A stretch of DNA of 55,845 nt from the NCBI GenBank assembly GCA_000697335.1, contig JNEM01008200.1:1-55845 (forward strand). Reading direction: 5' to 3'. Both the position numbers and the translations under genes were made by a program. The notes beneath the pieces were generated by a model that made no database searches, was not told the origin of the DNA, and saw only the letters and a program-made list of their open reading frames with translations. Of the stretch, positions 38,176 to 52,333 are shown piece after piece (position 1 is the stretch's first letter; each line of letters begins with the position of its first letter). This stretch comes from Conidiobolus incongruus B7586 (Eukaryota).

Positions 38176-39595
38176 TGTAATATTATTGATATTTAGATAT
38201 TATGGAATTTGATGTTGAAAATGATATTTATTCTTTCTCTTATATACTTTTATCTACTCAAACATTGATCAATGATATAGTTATCATTGAATTATCTAAA
38301 ATAAAATCTCAGAAAAAAATTATATAATGAGAACCATACTATATAACCCCAGAATTGAAAAATCCGTATTTGCTTATCCCCGAATTGAGGATTAAAATAG
38401 TAAAATATTCAAAAATTCAAAAAAAACATGAGAATCAATGTAAGTTCCAACCGAAATTAAATTAATCCATATTAAAAAACATATTAAATAATATTACACC
38501 TGATTTGTTATTAATATTTATTCACAAAGATTGACGTAACCACTGCTCTCCAAATTATTTAAATATTAATAAAAAAGATCAACAACTTTATGATTTCCAA
38601 AAATCGCATTATGTGGTAATTTTTGTTAAGATTAACCCAATTTTATAATTTAAATCTTTAAAATATTTAAAATATTTATTAACCAAGTGTCCTCATTTGG
38701 CTTTTATAAATAATTCAATATATCCTATATTTATATTCATGCTTTTAGTCAAAAATTATTACAGTTTTTATAATATTTGAATAATTTTTTAAATTTCAAT
38801 TAAAACAAATTATATTATCACTCAAAAATTCTTATTTTTTATATTATAATATTGTTGATATTAATTAATCTTTAAATTCTTTGAGCATAATATTTAAATG
38901 TGATCAAATCGGACTTAGTAATATATACCAGCACTAAAGTTATTATAAAATCATATTTAAAAATTCTATAGTTCTAAATTCAGTTTTAAAATTAATAAGC
39001 AAGTATTATTTCAAACAATGGCTTATGACTATTGTAGTTTAACTAAATATATATCAATTGAATAATAAGAATTTAAAATTTTATATAAAACATAGATATT
39101 TTATTTTTTTAAAGTTCCTATATTATTAAATAGGATTCAATTTGAGTCTGTTTGAAATAACACTATTTAAGTATTGTCTTTAAATCTCCAATATATATTT
39201 ATTTTTATATTTAATTTTCACTCTAATATAAATATTGTTGCATCATTATTTGATAAGGAAATAATAATCGTTTTCAGAGAATTAAGTTATATATAGTTTT
39301 ATATTATATGTTATTTTAATTCAATATAAAATACTAGTTAATAATAAATAAAATTTATTAAATATTAATTCAGTAAATTAAATTATTTAGTATTAATACA
39401 TGATAAAACTTTAAAGATTATAAGAAATTTATATATAAATATTATGAAAGTATTTAGAATAATATATTTTTCAAATGATAAACATAATAAGTCCTATTTG
39501 AAATTTTGAATTAATAAGTATTAACTTTTTTTAATTCAAATTTGATAATATAAATTGATTTATTGATAGTCTATTATATATTAAGGTAAGCTATT

Positions 39596-39886
39596 CTAGT
39601 TACAGCCTAAAGAGACTACTTCATTTCTTTCATTGACATAAATAGTCAATCTTTGTTCATTATAAGCAAAGTCACCAGGATACTTGGCACCAAAGACACG
39701 ATGATTTTCTGGGAGTTTGGACCTTTGGACAAAAGCATGAGAAGTGGTGATGAATCCTTGAATTTCATCAATGTAAATGGCCTTGTTGAGTTGATTAACC
39801 CATCTATCACCTTTACAGGATTGGAGAGTAGAAGCTTGAGCAGAGACGAGAGGAGCGGCCAAGAGAGCGAATAACTTGAAGTTCAT
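39596..39886 (-). CDS. Small secreted protein, peptidase inhibitor I78/potato inhibitor I-like; predicted P1 = Phe
   Basis: Signal peptide MNFKLFALLAAPLVSA. C-terminal 'LPENHRVFGAKYPGDFAYNEQRLTIYVNERNEVVSLGC' fits the I78/I13 pattern RV..P....T.DY...RL.I.V.....V...C. Two Cys. Confidence 0.8.
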   Translation of the reverse strand: MNFKLFALLAAPLVSAQASTLQSCKGDRWVNQLNKAIYIDEIQGFITTSHAFVQRSKLPENHRVFGAKYPGDFAYNEQRLTIYVNERNEVVSLGCN

Positions 39887-42682
39887 TTTGTTTTAATTAA
39901 TTCAATTAAATGGATTTGATATTGAACTTATCTTCTGTTGTCCAGTCTTTTATACTAAAAGTTACTCAAAAGTTGAAATAACACAAAAACATATCCAATA
40001 TTAATTTTGTCAAATACTTTTATTGTAGGAGAATATTGCTGTAATAAGAACACGATTATATAATTGAAATTATATTTTTTGAATGATTAATAAACTTTTC
40101 CAAATTTCCTTAAGAAGCTATATGGAATAAGTAGAAAATTGAGCTTGTCAATTCTAATATAATTAAATAAAGATTGTTGAGTTGAGGATAACTGAGGAGA
40201 TTAATTTTTTAAATTGTTAACTTAGTCAATTCAAATCCATAGTTGAGACAATATGTACTATTTTATTTCGTACTATTACTTTGTGTATTTCTATTTTTAA
40301 ATATTTTATATGGATAATAAATATAATTAACATATTTAGTATTAAAAAGTGCATTGCAAAAAGTTATTTCATTATTAATGCGATACACCAGTTCGAATAG
40401 ATATCACTCTACCAATAAATTATTTCAATCTAGAAGATTGGCTATTTAAATGAAATGATACTTTATAATTAAGAAATAAATTTATTACAATTTATTAGGT
40501 TAAAATAAATAATTCAGAATACTCTTTGAATTTTGATTTTGAAAATTAGCAATTCCTTAAATAGTAATTGGTTCGCTTTCTACAACAATTTTTGAGTTTA
40601 TAATTTGATTCCAAATATATTTTGGCTCCAACAATCAGATCCATTTGGAATATTTTATTGAATATGAGCTATTTTTTTCAGCCAAAATGTTAAAATTTTT
40701 TCTAATATCTCACACAAAAATTTCAATATAATTGGATTAATGTATAATGGAAATATTTTTAAATTGTAAGACAAGAAAATTTCATTTTTGAGATTTTACA
40801 TTGAATTATCAGCATTTGTTGGATAATATTCAAAAGAACTAGTATGAAGTGGTATAATTTGGGAAGAAGATATCATGATTAAATTAACGTATTAAATATT
40901 TAAAATATTTAAAATAATTCGTATATTATCATCTATTGGATATTGGTTTAATACTTTCATATTAGAGTAGATTTATAAATTACATTTTTTCAATAATATT
41001 ATTCAATATTTTGAAATTATTTTATAATCCAATTATTATTAGTGAATCAGATTGAATAATCGATATATAATCCGAAAAACGAAAAATTTCAAGATAAACT
41101 CAGCACATTCATTATAAAAAACAAACCAAAATTAATAGATAATATATTAGTATTGATATTAATTATATAAATAAATACATTATTACTTTATAAATCATGA
41201 GTTTTCTTATATCAAAAAGAATATAATTTAAAATTTTCAAAAATGTTCATGAATTTTATAAAATATTAATTAAATAAAAATTATTAAGAATTTAACTTTT
41301 CTCTTCAGCTTTAAATATATAATAGATCTTTTCTTATATATTCAGTTACTAAAATTTTAAAATTTAAAATCCTTAAATATATAAAAAGTATTGAATAATT
41401 GAATCACTAAATGAATTAATCAACGTAACTAAAAATATATTTCATTACTATTAATTTCTTTGTATTTGGTATACAGTTTTTGTAATTATATTATCAACTA
41501 AGTCATAATACCTTTAACAAAATGGATAAATCCTATTTTAGATAAAAAGTAAATTCTCTTTGTGGTATTACCTTTAACAAAGATTAAATATAATTATATA
41601 ATTTCACTATATTTAATATTTGATACTGTAGAATAACTTGAAAGTAAATATCATTTTATATAATATATATTTGAAAAAAATCCTTTTAAAGATTTCATGT
41701 GTCAACAATAGAAATTTGATCAAATTTACTCAAAAATTATATTTAATTATAAAAGTCAATATACACAATAGTTTGACCTATATAATTACTTGAATAAAAT
41801 ATTAATCACTTAAAGTTATAAAAATCATTAAAATAGCGACAAAATACATAGTTTAATATTAATATAAATATTTCGATTAATCTAAAGAAAACTATAATGA
41901 AATACCTGTTCAATTTTAATACTTAATATCATATAAGTATGTAACTTTATTAAATATCAAAATTTTTCAATATAACAGAGATTTACTAATAAAAGGAATA
42001 TAGATTATTATATTTGATTATTATGATTAAAAATTAATATAAATCAATATATTCGAAATTAAAATTCAATTTAAATGAGAAATCAGAATTTGACATTATT
42101 ATTTAAACCAAGCAAATACTTGTTTTTTAAAATATGAAACATGATCATTTTGTTAAATTTGTTATTACTGAATAAGCTTATAGAGTATATATAAATAGTA
42201 ACTGAGCTCAATTTTCAAATTTTATTTTATTAAATATATTAGAAATAATCTAATAAATTTTTAAGTGATTATATTATATAAATCAAAAATCGAATAAAAT
42301 ATTATATTATAATTCAATTTCACTATAAATTATTTATAATTTTAATCAACTTTAAGTGTAATATAATTTTTAATTAATAAAGTTAATATTTTAATATTTT
42401 TTATAAAATTTAAAAATCATAATATATCAATTTATATTATCATATAGAATTATTGTAATAATTAAACTTTCTATTGTTATATAATGTAATATAAGCAATA
42501 ATAGTCTAACCTATTTGAATTTTAAATATAGAACAGATGTATATATATTTTTTTCTTTTGAAAAGAATGTAATATAAATAATTGATAAAATGAAATTAAA
42601 GAGATATTAATTAAATGAAAAGTTTTATTAAAAAACACATAATATTTAATAATCTATATATCTAATATTTTTCATTGGATAT

Positions 42683-42973
42683 TTAGTTACATCCTAGGGA
42701 AATAACTTCATTTCTTTCATTAACAGTAATAGTTAATCTTTCAATGAAATAAGCTCTGTCACCAGGATACTTGGGACCAACAACGCGATGACGAGTAGGA
42801 AGTTTAGATCTAGGGATAAAAGCGTCAGAAGTGGTGACAAATCCTTTAACTTCATCAATATAAGTGGCCTTGTTGAGTTGGTTAACCCATTTGTCGCCTT
42901 TGCAGGATTGAAGAGTAGAAGCTTGAGCGGAGACAAGAGAAGCAGCCAAGAGAGCGAATAACTTGAAGTTCAT
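42683..42973 (-). CDS. Small secreted I78/potato inhibitor-like protein, 96 aa; predicted P1 = Arg
   Basis: Start at 42973 (MNFKLF) by comparison with paralogs. Loop 'HRVVGPKYPGDRAYFIERLTITVN'. Confidence 0.8.
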   Translation of the reverse strand: MNFKLFALLAASLVSAQASTLQSCKGDKWVNQLNKATYIDEVKGFVTTSDAFIPRSKLPTRHRVVGPKYPGDRAYFIERLTITVNERNEVISLGCN

Positions 42974-45806
42974 TGTGTTGTAATTGGTTAATTGGATGAA
43001 AATGTATTTGATATTGGACTTAGCTTCATCATTCAATCTTTTATACCAAAGTCACTCAAAAATTGTTTTACAATAATAACATATCCAATATTGAAAAATC
43101 TAAACATAGTCTTTTATTGAATTAATATGTATTTACCATATTGTAATATATTGAAGAAATCCATTTTGATGTGAATATATGTCAATTATTTAATCTAATT
43201 TGTTGGAATACCAAAAAATATATTTATTTGATTTATTCTAATAAAACTTAATTAAACTAAAAAAATAAATTAAATTAAATTAATAAGAACTATTTTTTAA
43301 TTATAACTTTATTATATTATCCGCATTTTAAATTTATTAATTTGAGGTTTATTATTAAAAATTATATATTTAAATAATATTAATTGAATTATTATCCATT
43401 AAAGCTTCTGTTAAGACTACATTTTATTTTTAATTAAATTTAGTATTCTAATTTTTTATATTTAATACTATGTTTATAAGAGAATAAGAGAATAATATAA
43501 AAAATATTTCACATTTAAAGTTATTTTATTTAATATGAAACATTGGTTAATGTTTGCATTCTCTAATTTTGTCACTAATGAACTTGAAAGTATGTCATTT
43601 GAATGAAATATTTTATTTGGTTAATTATAAAATTAAATTATGTTAGTTACTAGATATTTCTCGAAGTTTTACTATCAGAATATTGTACAAGTTATTTTGT
43701 TGGATTTAAATTTTAAAAAAATTTTTCCTTTTAAACTTATTTTTGTTTAATCCACAGATTATTGAGACTATAAAATGAATTTAGTTTATTTATCCACCAG
43801 AATTTTCATAATAATTATATCGATTTGGTATAATAAAAATGATTACATATTTTAATATAATAGTTATGGAACAATTCAAATCCACTTTTTTGAGAATTAA
43901 TAATAATGATAATAATAATAATGGATTTATAAGAAAATCTATTAATTTGGTATTATTTGTATGATTCAGAATATTCTAAATTTCGTTATATATTTTTAGA
44001 CTACCGTAATAAGTAATTGGTTCATTTTGTTCAATTATTGAGTTATATAATTAGATCCTGAGTATTTTAGTCGTAATGTGAAAGTTAATATTGAATATTA
44101 TTGTTAAATATTAACTTAATATTTTGAGTATTATTTAGATACTCTACTGTTATAATAGAATCTTTATCTATATTTACATTCAGTGAGTTTAATATTATGT
44201 TATTTTTCTGATACATATAAAATATAATGATTAATTTCATCTCAATTAAATAAATAGATAATCATCAACCAGAAACATTTTCAATATCAAATACTTTGGC
44301 ACATATTATAAATATTCTTTATTATTACTATATCATTCAATTTTATAAGCAAACTCTGTGTTAAAGTTAATATTCTAAATATATTAGTTTATAAATAAAT
44401 AAATAGGAGTTTATTTATATTTTATGACGAATTATCATATTCAAAATGATTTCATTGAAATCTTATCTTATATTTAATGTATATTATAAATTATAATGTT
44501 TTTTTATCTATATTCATTAATATTAACGGTCAAATCATTTTATTAATTATAATATATGGATGTTAATATTTAGCCTGAAAATAATTAATTAAATAAATAA
44601 ATTATAGATATTTTAGGAATAAAATATCAATTTTATTTGCTTATTATAAATTCAATAATAAGTTCTATTTTTATATTATATAGAATAGTTACCTTAAATA
44701 AATAATTTAAAAATTTTATAGATAATTTTTCAATTTTTTTTATAGATTATTAAACTTGATCATTTTAATAGTTTTTGGTATTAACCAAGATTTCATTAAT
44801 ATTTAATAAAAATATTAATCAAATTTGATAACTAATAAGCATAGAAATTTACATTTATATTTAAGACTAATTTTGATCAATATAATTACTTCAACTTGCT
44901 GAATCTTGTTTACTAAATAATTTAAATTTAATTTAATTGATTTAATATTATTTGATTTAAATAATGGTAATTCAAATTGAATATTTATATACTATTAGAT
45001 TATATATTTTTAGTATATTAATAAATTTGAAAGATATAAAAATTATTAAAAGTATAATGAATTATTCAAATTATTCCAAAAAATATAAAGCTTAATATAA
45101 AAAAGTCTAACTCCTATAATTTTTATTAATTTATTTATTTAAAATTTATTTTTAGTTTAGCAATGATTTATTCAATTTATAAGTTATAATAATTCAATAT
45201 ATTGAAAAATTAATATTAAAATAATTTTGAATGTAATAATATATTTCAATATACTTATTTTTGATAATTATTTATTAATTTTTAATGTTAATTCATAGAT
45301 ATTTTATATATGTTTTGTATATTATATTATCTATCCCACAATATTTAATCATTCTCCAATAATCATAGTTAATATATTAAATTATATAAATAAATAAATA
45401 TATATATATATAAATTCAGAAAGTTTTTAATAAATTTTAAATTTTAAAATTAATAAACTCATTTAATATTAAGATTTTATAAAATATATAATATTAAATT
45501 TATTAATTTATTACTGAAATCAATTTATCTATTATAATATTATAGTTTTGTTACAAATAAAGATTATGAGCTTGATTATTTGATTGACTATAATAAACTG
45601 AAAAAATATGGTATAACTTATAGTTTAAATTAATATGAGGCTTTTAATTATTATATTTAATATCATATTGATTCAGAAATTGTTAAGTTTGAAACCCAAG
45701 GATTCTTAAAAATATTAATGAAGGAGATATAATTAAAAGCATCGAATTGGTTGATAATAAAGGTTTTTCATTGATGATCTATATATCAAATATATTTCAA
45801 GGCTAC

Positions 45807-46097
45807 TTAGTTACATCTTAAAGCAACTACTTGATTTCTTTCATTAACAGTAATAGTTAATCTTTCACTGAAATAAGCCCTGTCACCAGGATACTTGGGA
45901 CCAACAACGCGGTGACGAGTAGGAAGTTTAGATCTTGGGATAAAAGCGCCATAAGTAGTGATGAATCCCTTGACTTGATCAATATAAGTAGCCTTGTTAA
46001 GCTGGTTGAACCATCTGTCACCTTTGCAGGATTGGAGAGTAGAAGCTTGAGCAGAGACGAGAGGAGCAGCCAAGAGAGCGAATAACTTGAAGTTCAT
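45807..46097 (-). CDS. Small secreted I78/potato inhibitor-like protein; predicted P1 = Arg
   Basis: Signal peptide plus 'HRVVGPKYPGDRAYFSERLTITVNERNQVVALRC'. Confidence 0.8.
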   Translation of the reverse strand: MNFKLFALLAAPLVSAQASTLQSCKGDRWFNQLNKATYIDQVKGFITTYGAFIPRSKLPTRHRVVGPKYPGDRAYFSERLTITVNERNQVVALRCN

Positions 46098-48628
46098 TTT
46101 GTTGTAATTAATTCAATTAAATGGATTTGATATTGAACTTGCCTTCTGTTGTCCAGTCTTTTATACTAAAAGTTACTCAAAAATTTATACTCAATAATAA
46201 AATATCTAATATTGAAAGATTTAAACATCGTCTATTCTTGGAAAAATTTAAGCTATTGCTATCTATATTGTACACAACATAATTATATTCCAATCCGCAG
46301 TTTCAGAATTATTGAATTGAGGGTTATAAATGAGAATATTCAATTTATATAACTTTATATATTTAATATCAACTCTAATTAATTAAAATTAGTCACTCTA
46401 TTTAGTTTTTTGGTATTAATTTAAATTTATTATAAATATCATTTTTGAATAATGTATATATTGAATATATTGAGTGGTATCAATTGGATAAAAAAAGTTT
46501 TAATAATATATAAGATCAATTGTGATTCATACTACATTGGTAATTTAGTGGGACACCGATAAATATATGATAAGTTTTTGGATATTATTGTAAAATATTT
46601 TAAATTTTCAAAATATTAGAGAAAATAATTGAATATAATTTTTAATATTATTTCTAAATAATACAAAATTAACATAATACAGATATGTTCTTAACTAAAT
46701 CTTCGCCTAAAAAAGATTGTAATTCTATATACCAAATATTGTCATAATGAGTTTTAAATGTTTTTATTCAATTGACTGACTGATCAGACTTATTCAATTA
46801 TTGAGGCCGCAGTGTATTATTCTTGAAAGGGACAATTAATTCAAAATATTGAAAATATATTTAAAATTAGACAAGAATTTATAACAGTTACTGAATTTTC
46901 ATAATATTCAATACAAAATATTAAGTTTATTTTTCTTGATAAAATTTAATTATCTTCCTAATTTTTAAATTTTTAATAATTATATTCAGGATTTATTGCA
47001 ATCCAATTTTAACTGCAAAAACAGTTCGTAGCCTTATTACAATTCAAAACTATCGATCTAATACCCATTAATAATTCAGAATATTCTTTAAATTACACAA
47101 AATATTAATAAAATTCTTAAAATGGTAATTGGTTCATTTTGTACACCAGTTGAGTTGATTAATTTGATCCCTATTTTTACGTCATTGGTATGAAAACTAA
47201 TAGACGATATTCATGTTATCAATAGCAGAACATAATATAATTACTACTAATGACGATCATTTCTATACTCAGCTTAATATTTTATACTAATTATTAATTC
47301 TGTTCTAATTGTATATCACACAATACTAGTATTCAATTAAAACTTTAACAATATATTAATGATGAAAAAAATATTGTTGGGGTTATATTTAATAATTGCT
47401 TTAATATTAAATATGAAATTTTTTCATATGAATCTGAGAGAATTTTTTCTTTTATTTATTCAATCAAATGGATTAAGCAACTTTGTTAACAATTCTGATG
47501 TGGTCAATATAAGTTTAAAAAATTAATATTACAAGTTATTGTAGTTAAATTTCATAAGCCAACCAATAGTTATAATTTATATTTTTATATTGATATTAAA
47601 CGAATAATTATATATTATGAAAAAAAATAAATATTGGAAACTAATTATATAATATCGTATTATAATACCTCTATAGTTTTTCACATTGATTTAGGTTTTT
47701 ATTATGGGTGAATCTCAGTTTTGATATTATGATATTATTATCATTTAACAAATTCACATAAATAAACTTAGCAATAATGTGTTTAAAATATGTGATTATA
47801 AATTATAAAATATTAAATTTTTATTCTGATAATTCGATAAAACAATATTTCACGTGATTTTTTGGACATATTTTTTTCAATTCTCTTTAATATAGTCAAT
47901 TTCTTCTCACAGATAATTGTTACAATTTAAAATTTTATTGCTTTAACTTCTATCTACTATATCATGAACAACTTAGGATTCCTCAAATCATCTCTGGAAA
48001 CTGATATCCAAATTTTGTTAATATTTTTGTGCTTTTTACAATCTTAGAAAAAGCCTAGATTTATAATTTTGTCATCAATTTGTAAATATCGGCATATATA
48101 CATTTAATTATTATTCTATAGAGCGAATATATTAGATACAGAGTCTGTTAAAAATTTTTTGTACTATAATTGATATGTTTTTTTACTATGTATTCTAATC
48201 AATATTAGTAAATCAATTTTTATTTAAATAAATTATAAAACTTTAATTGCTTAATAAAAAAATTTTTTTAATTATAATTTATTCAAATAATTAATTAATT
48301 AATTAATTGAAAGTATTATATATTTTAAAATTTTGAAAAAAAACAAAAGAAATCTTATTTCACAATTATTAAAAATTTAATTAATTATAAAAAACCTTAA
48401 ATGAAAAATTTTTTTCTTATAAGCTTAAATAATTTAATTTCATTATTGGCTCAATCAACATACTTAGATCTATAGCTTGAAATATATCAACTTATTATTA
48501 TGTTTATACTAATTTAATTAATATAATTAAAGTCTGAAATTGATATATCAATCAGATAGTATAATTTATTTTTTTAATTGGGATTTAAATTTTTTTTAAA
48601 TCTATAATAATTTTATTGATAAATTAAT

Positions 48629-48907
48629 CTAAATGTAATCTAAAGAATTAATTTATTTCTTTGAGATAAACCTTTAATCTTCCTAAAATCATAGTTACCA
48701 GGGTACTTAGGAGTGACAACATGGTGGCGTACATGGAGCTAGGATTTTGTAATAAAAGGTTTAGAAGTGGTGTTGAAAGCTTCAGTTTCTTTAATGCAGC
48801 TGATATTGTTAAGTTGATTCAACCATCAGTCAACTTTATAGAATGGGAAAGTAGAGGCTTGAATGGAGGCAAAAGAGGAAGTAATGGAACCAAGATTTTG
48901 GATTCAT
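48629..48907 (-). pseudogene. Pseudogene of the secreted inhibitor family (copy 6)
   Basis: Frameshifted remnant containing 'RHHVVTPKYPGNYDF', homologous to 'RHRVVGPKYPGD'. ATG at 48907; 3' end approximate. Confidence 0.7.
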
Positions 48908-50019
48908 TATATTGTCTAATTAATAATATGATATTGGACTTTAGGCCATTATCACTATAATTTTTTATTTATCAAGTATTGATTCAAATATATTCACAAC
49001 AAGTATAGAATGAATGGTATATTACAACAATAAGTTCAAATAAACTTAACAATATTTTTAGTTCATTCAAGAATAATATTGAATTTGAGGAACAATTATT
49101 AAGTTGTTACTTAAATACGATGACAATATATTTTATATTAAATCTTGAACGAAAACAAATAAATATTACATCATATTAAACTTTATTATTTAGTTACTTT
49201 CAATATCAAATAAAAAAATACCTCTAACCAATTTTCTTATTTAACTACAAGCAAAGATATTTACTTTCCATAATTCTGCACTTATTTAATAAAATATTCT
49301 TTCATAAATATATCAAAATCAAAATTAATAATTAACTAACCAAGCACTGTTGACAATCAATTTAGCTTTAAAACTATAAAATAATATTAGTTTATTTTTT
49401 ACAGATTATAATTATAGTAAGGGTAATATATATAAAATGATGATCTATAATATGGTAAGTGAGAATAAGAATATTGTTTAACTATATTAGATAAATATTT
49501 ATTAATTAAAATAGAGATATTTAAAATTATTTCAAACAAATAATATTTAGTATAAAAAAAACAAATTTTTATTATAAATAATTTAATTTATTTTTTTTTA
49601 ATTTTAATATATTAATTAAAATTATATTTATAAAATTTTGAAAAAATAATAATAATTATCATTTTATTGCATCAAATATTCAACCTATACATTATATTCT
49701 TCATGTGAAAGTATAATTGTATTTTAATAGATAAATTCCATTGAATCTAGTTAACATCTTATCTATCAAAATATGAAAGTTGTTTATATTGTGATTGATT
49801 ATATATAATATCAATAATTGAGTATTTATTATTGAAATGTTGTATTCTCAAAAAAATTATATACTGTATATTCTTGTATATAAATATCAAAAATTAAAAG
49901 ATAATAATTTGAATATAAGATTATATATAAAAATAATATATTAACATACAATGAATAAATACTACATTATACTTATTATTACTATACATTAAGTATTAAT
50001 TTATTATTAAATTTATAAA

Positions 50020-50310
50020 CTATTGGCACTTCAAGCTGATGACATCGTTATGTTCATTAGTGTTGATAGTCAATCTCTCTGGAATAAAGGACATGTCTCC
50101 CATAGTATAAGGTCCAAGGACACGATGATTGGAGGGAAGTTGAGATCTCTCAATTATTCTATGAGAAGGAGTAACGAAAAGCTGAAATTCGTCAATGTAG
50201 ATAGCTTTATCGAGCTGATTGACCCATTTGTCTCCCTTGCAGGACTGGAGAGCGGAACCTTGAGCAGAAATGAGAGAAGCAGTTAAGATGCCGAATAACT
50301 TAAAGTTCAT
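50020..50310 (-). CDS. Small secreted I78/potato inhibitor-like protein; predicted P1 = Met
   Basis: Signal peptide plus 'LPSNHRVLGPYTMGDMSFIPERLTINTNEHNDVISLKC'. Confidence 0.8.
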   Translation of the reverse strand: MNFKLFGILTASLISAQGSALQSCKGDKWVNQLDKAIYIDEFQLFVTPSHRIIERSQLPSNHRVLGPYTMGDMSFIPERLTINTNEHNDVISLKCQ

Positions 50311-52042
50311 TATAATACGAGTAATTGATTGATTATTATTATTATTATATTTGATATTAAAATATATTATAATGATGGCTTATATATACCTTCAATTACT
50401 CAAAATTTGAATGCCCTAAAATTTTATCAAATTATTATTTCTATTATTTTAGCCTATTTCGTAAATATTAAATATGGTAATTAATACGTAGAAAATTGGG
50501 GCAATTTAAGTATAATATTTGGTTCATTAATATTACTAAATTAAAATTATATATTAATTCTAATTAATTATTCCTAAAGATTAAAATTATATTTCAATTC
50601 TTATTCTGGAAATAATTGTTTCTATTACAAATATGAAAAATATAAAATATTATAATATATATCTGAGTATAATTGATAATATTTTAAAGTAAAAGTAAAA
50701 GAAAATTTAAATTTTTGCATAAAATATTATTTTAAACTCTGTTCAAAATATAAATTTAATAATATTCACAAAAATTTTTAAACTCATAGATAATATAACT
50801 TTCTTCAATATTGGAATTAAAATATAATTTTTCAATAGAAAGTATTAATTTTATAACATTTAAATTTAAAATTGTCACAAAATTTCCTTTTAGAGTAATT
50901 GGTTCCTATAACCTCTCAAAATTTGAGTGAGTGTTCATATAATTGAACAATCTTCACAAAAAATCATAAGCATGCATTAAATATGTTAAATATTTTTTAT
51001 AATGAATTAATGAAGAATATATATTCAATTATACAATTGCTGTAATATGTTATAATTTTTACTGATACAAATAATGCATATATAATACTAATAAATACTT
51101 TATTTCCCTAATTTAAATATGATAACCAAAAGATTGTAAGTATAATAATGTATATAAAATCATATATCTTTCAAACTGTTGAAAGTTGATAAATTATTAA
51201 TGCAGTATCCTCAACATTTGTTGAACTAAAATTTTAATCAGAATAAATTATTCATATTTTGAATTAGATAAAATATAGATTGTTCTAGAAATGTAAATAT
51301 CATTATTTTTTAATTATTACTCAATTCTTTAACAAATTTGAAGAGTTTAAACTTTAATAATTTAATTTATTTTAACTTTTATTAAAATGATATTTAAATA
51401 TTTGAAAATTATACTATTTTCCAATATTAAAAAAATTTTATTAAGGTAGGAATGAAATATTTTGAAACAAATATAATATCTGGTTAATAATGATATCACA
51501 TTAAAAAATTACTACGATTATTATTAATAAATTAAATTGATTTTAGCCAATTTAAAATCTAGGCTTATCTACATTGAGTAGTAACGTTTAATTAATAAAC
51601 ACCTAGCATTGAAATGCTTTTAAAAATGAACCAAATTAATACAAAAATTATATCATTTAATCATTATATATCGTGATATAATTTTAATTTATATACCTTT
51701 TCTATTATGAAAACTTTAACAATATCAAGTTATAATATTATATAATAGTAACATTTAATAATGCTATTTTTATACCTTATTGAAAAAATTCGAACTAATA
51801 AAATAAAATGATGTGATTATACATAATAAATTATAATGAATTTAACATTAAAAGATAATCTATCAAACTGATGAATCAATATTAAAACATTATAAAATAA
51901 ATTAATAGTAATATTGAAATAACTAGATATATAATTATGGGAACAATATTAGATTATTGTGTATTTCAAAAAATTTAGTATTATAGTATAAGACTCAAAA
52001 TATTGAAAATGATTAAACTTTATTTACATAATTAATCTAGAA

Positions 52043-52333
52043 TTATTGGCATTTCAAACTGATAACATTGTTATGTTCATTAATGTAAATAGTTAATCTC
52101 TCTGGAATAAAGGACATGTCTCCCAAAGTATCAGGTCCAAGGACACGATGATTGGAGGGAAGTTGAGATCTCTCAATTATTTTATAAGAGGAAGTAACGA
52201 AAAGCTGAAATTCGTCAATGTAGATAGCTTTATCGAGCTGATTGACCCATTTGTCTCCCTTGCAGGACTGGAGAGCGGAACCTTGAGCAGAAACGAGAGA
52301 AGCAGTTAAGATGGCGAATAGTTTGAAGTTCAT
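52043..52333 (-). CDS. Small secreted I78/potato inhibitor-like protein; predicted P1 = Met
   Basis: Signal peptide plus 'LPSNHRVLGPDTLGDMSFIPERLTIYINEHNNVISLKC'. Confidence 0.8.
   Translation of the reverse strand: MNFKLFAILTASLVSAQGSALQSCKGDKWVNQLDKAIYIDEFQLFVTSSYKIIERSQLPSNHRVLGPDTLGDMSFIPERLTIYINEHNNVISLKCQ

Noticed and set aside
37935..38196. ORFs 37935-38159(-) and 37942-38196(+), plus similar antisense ORFs at 39653, 48721 and 50023
   Set aside because: Off-frame or antisense shadows of inhibitor genes and pseudogenes.
42974..43036. 21-aa N-terminal extension in the ORF track (117 aa)
   Set aside because: Paralogs start at MNFKLF, and the upstream ATG sits only a few bases from the TATA box, so it is probably not in the mRNA.
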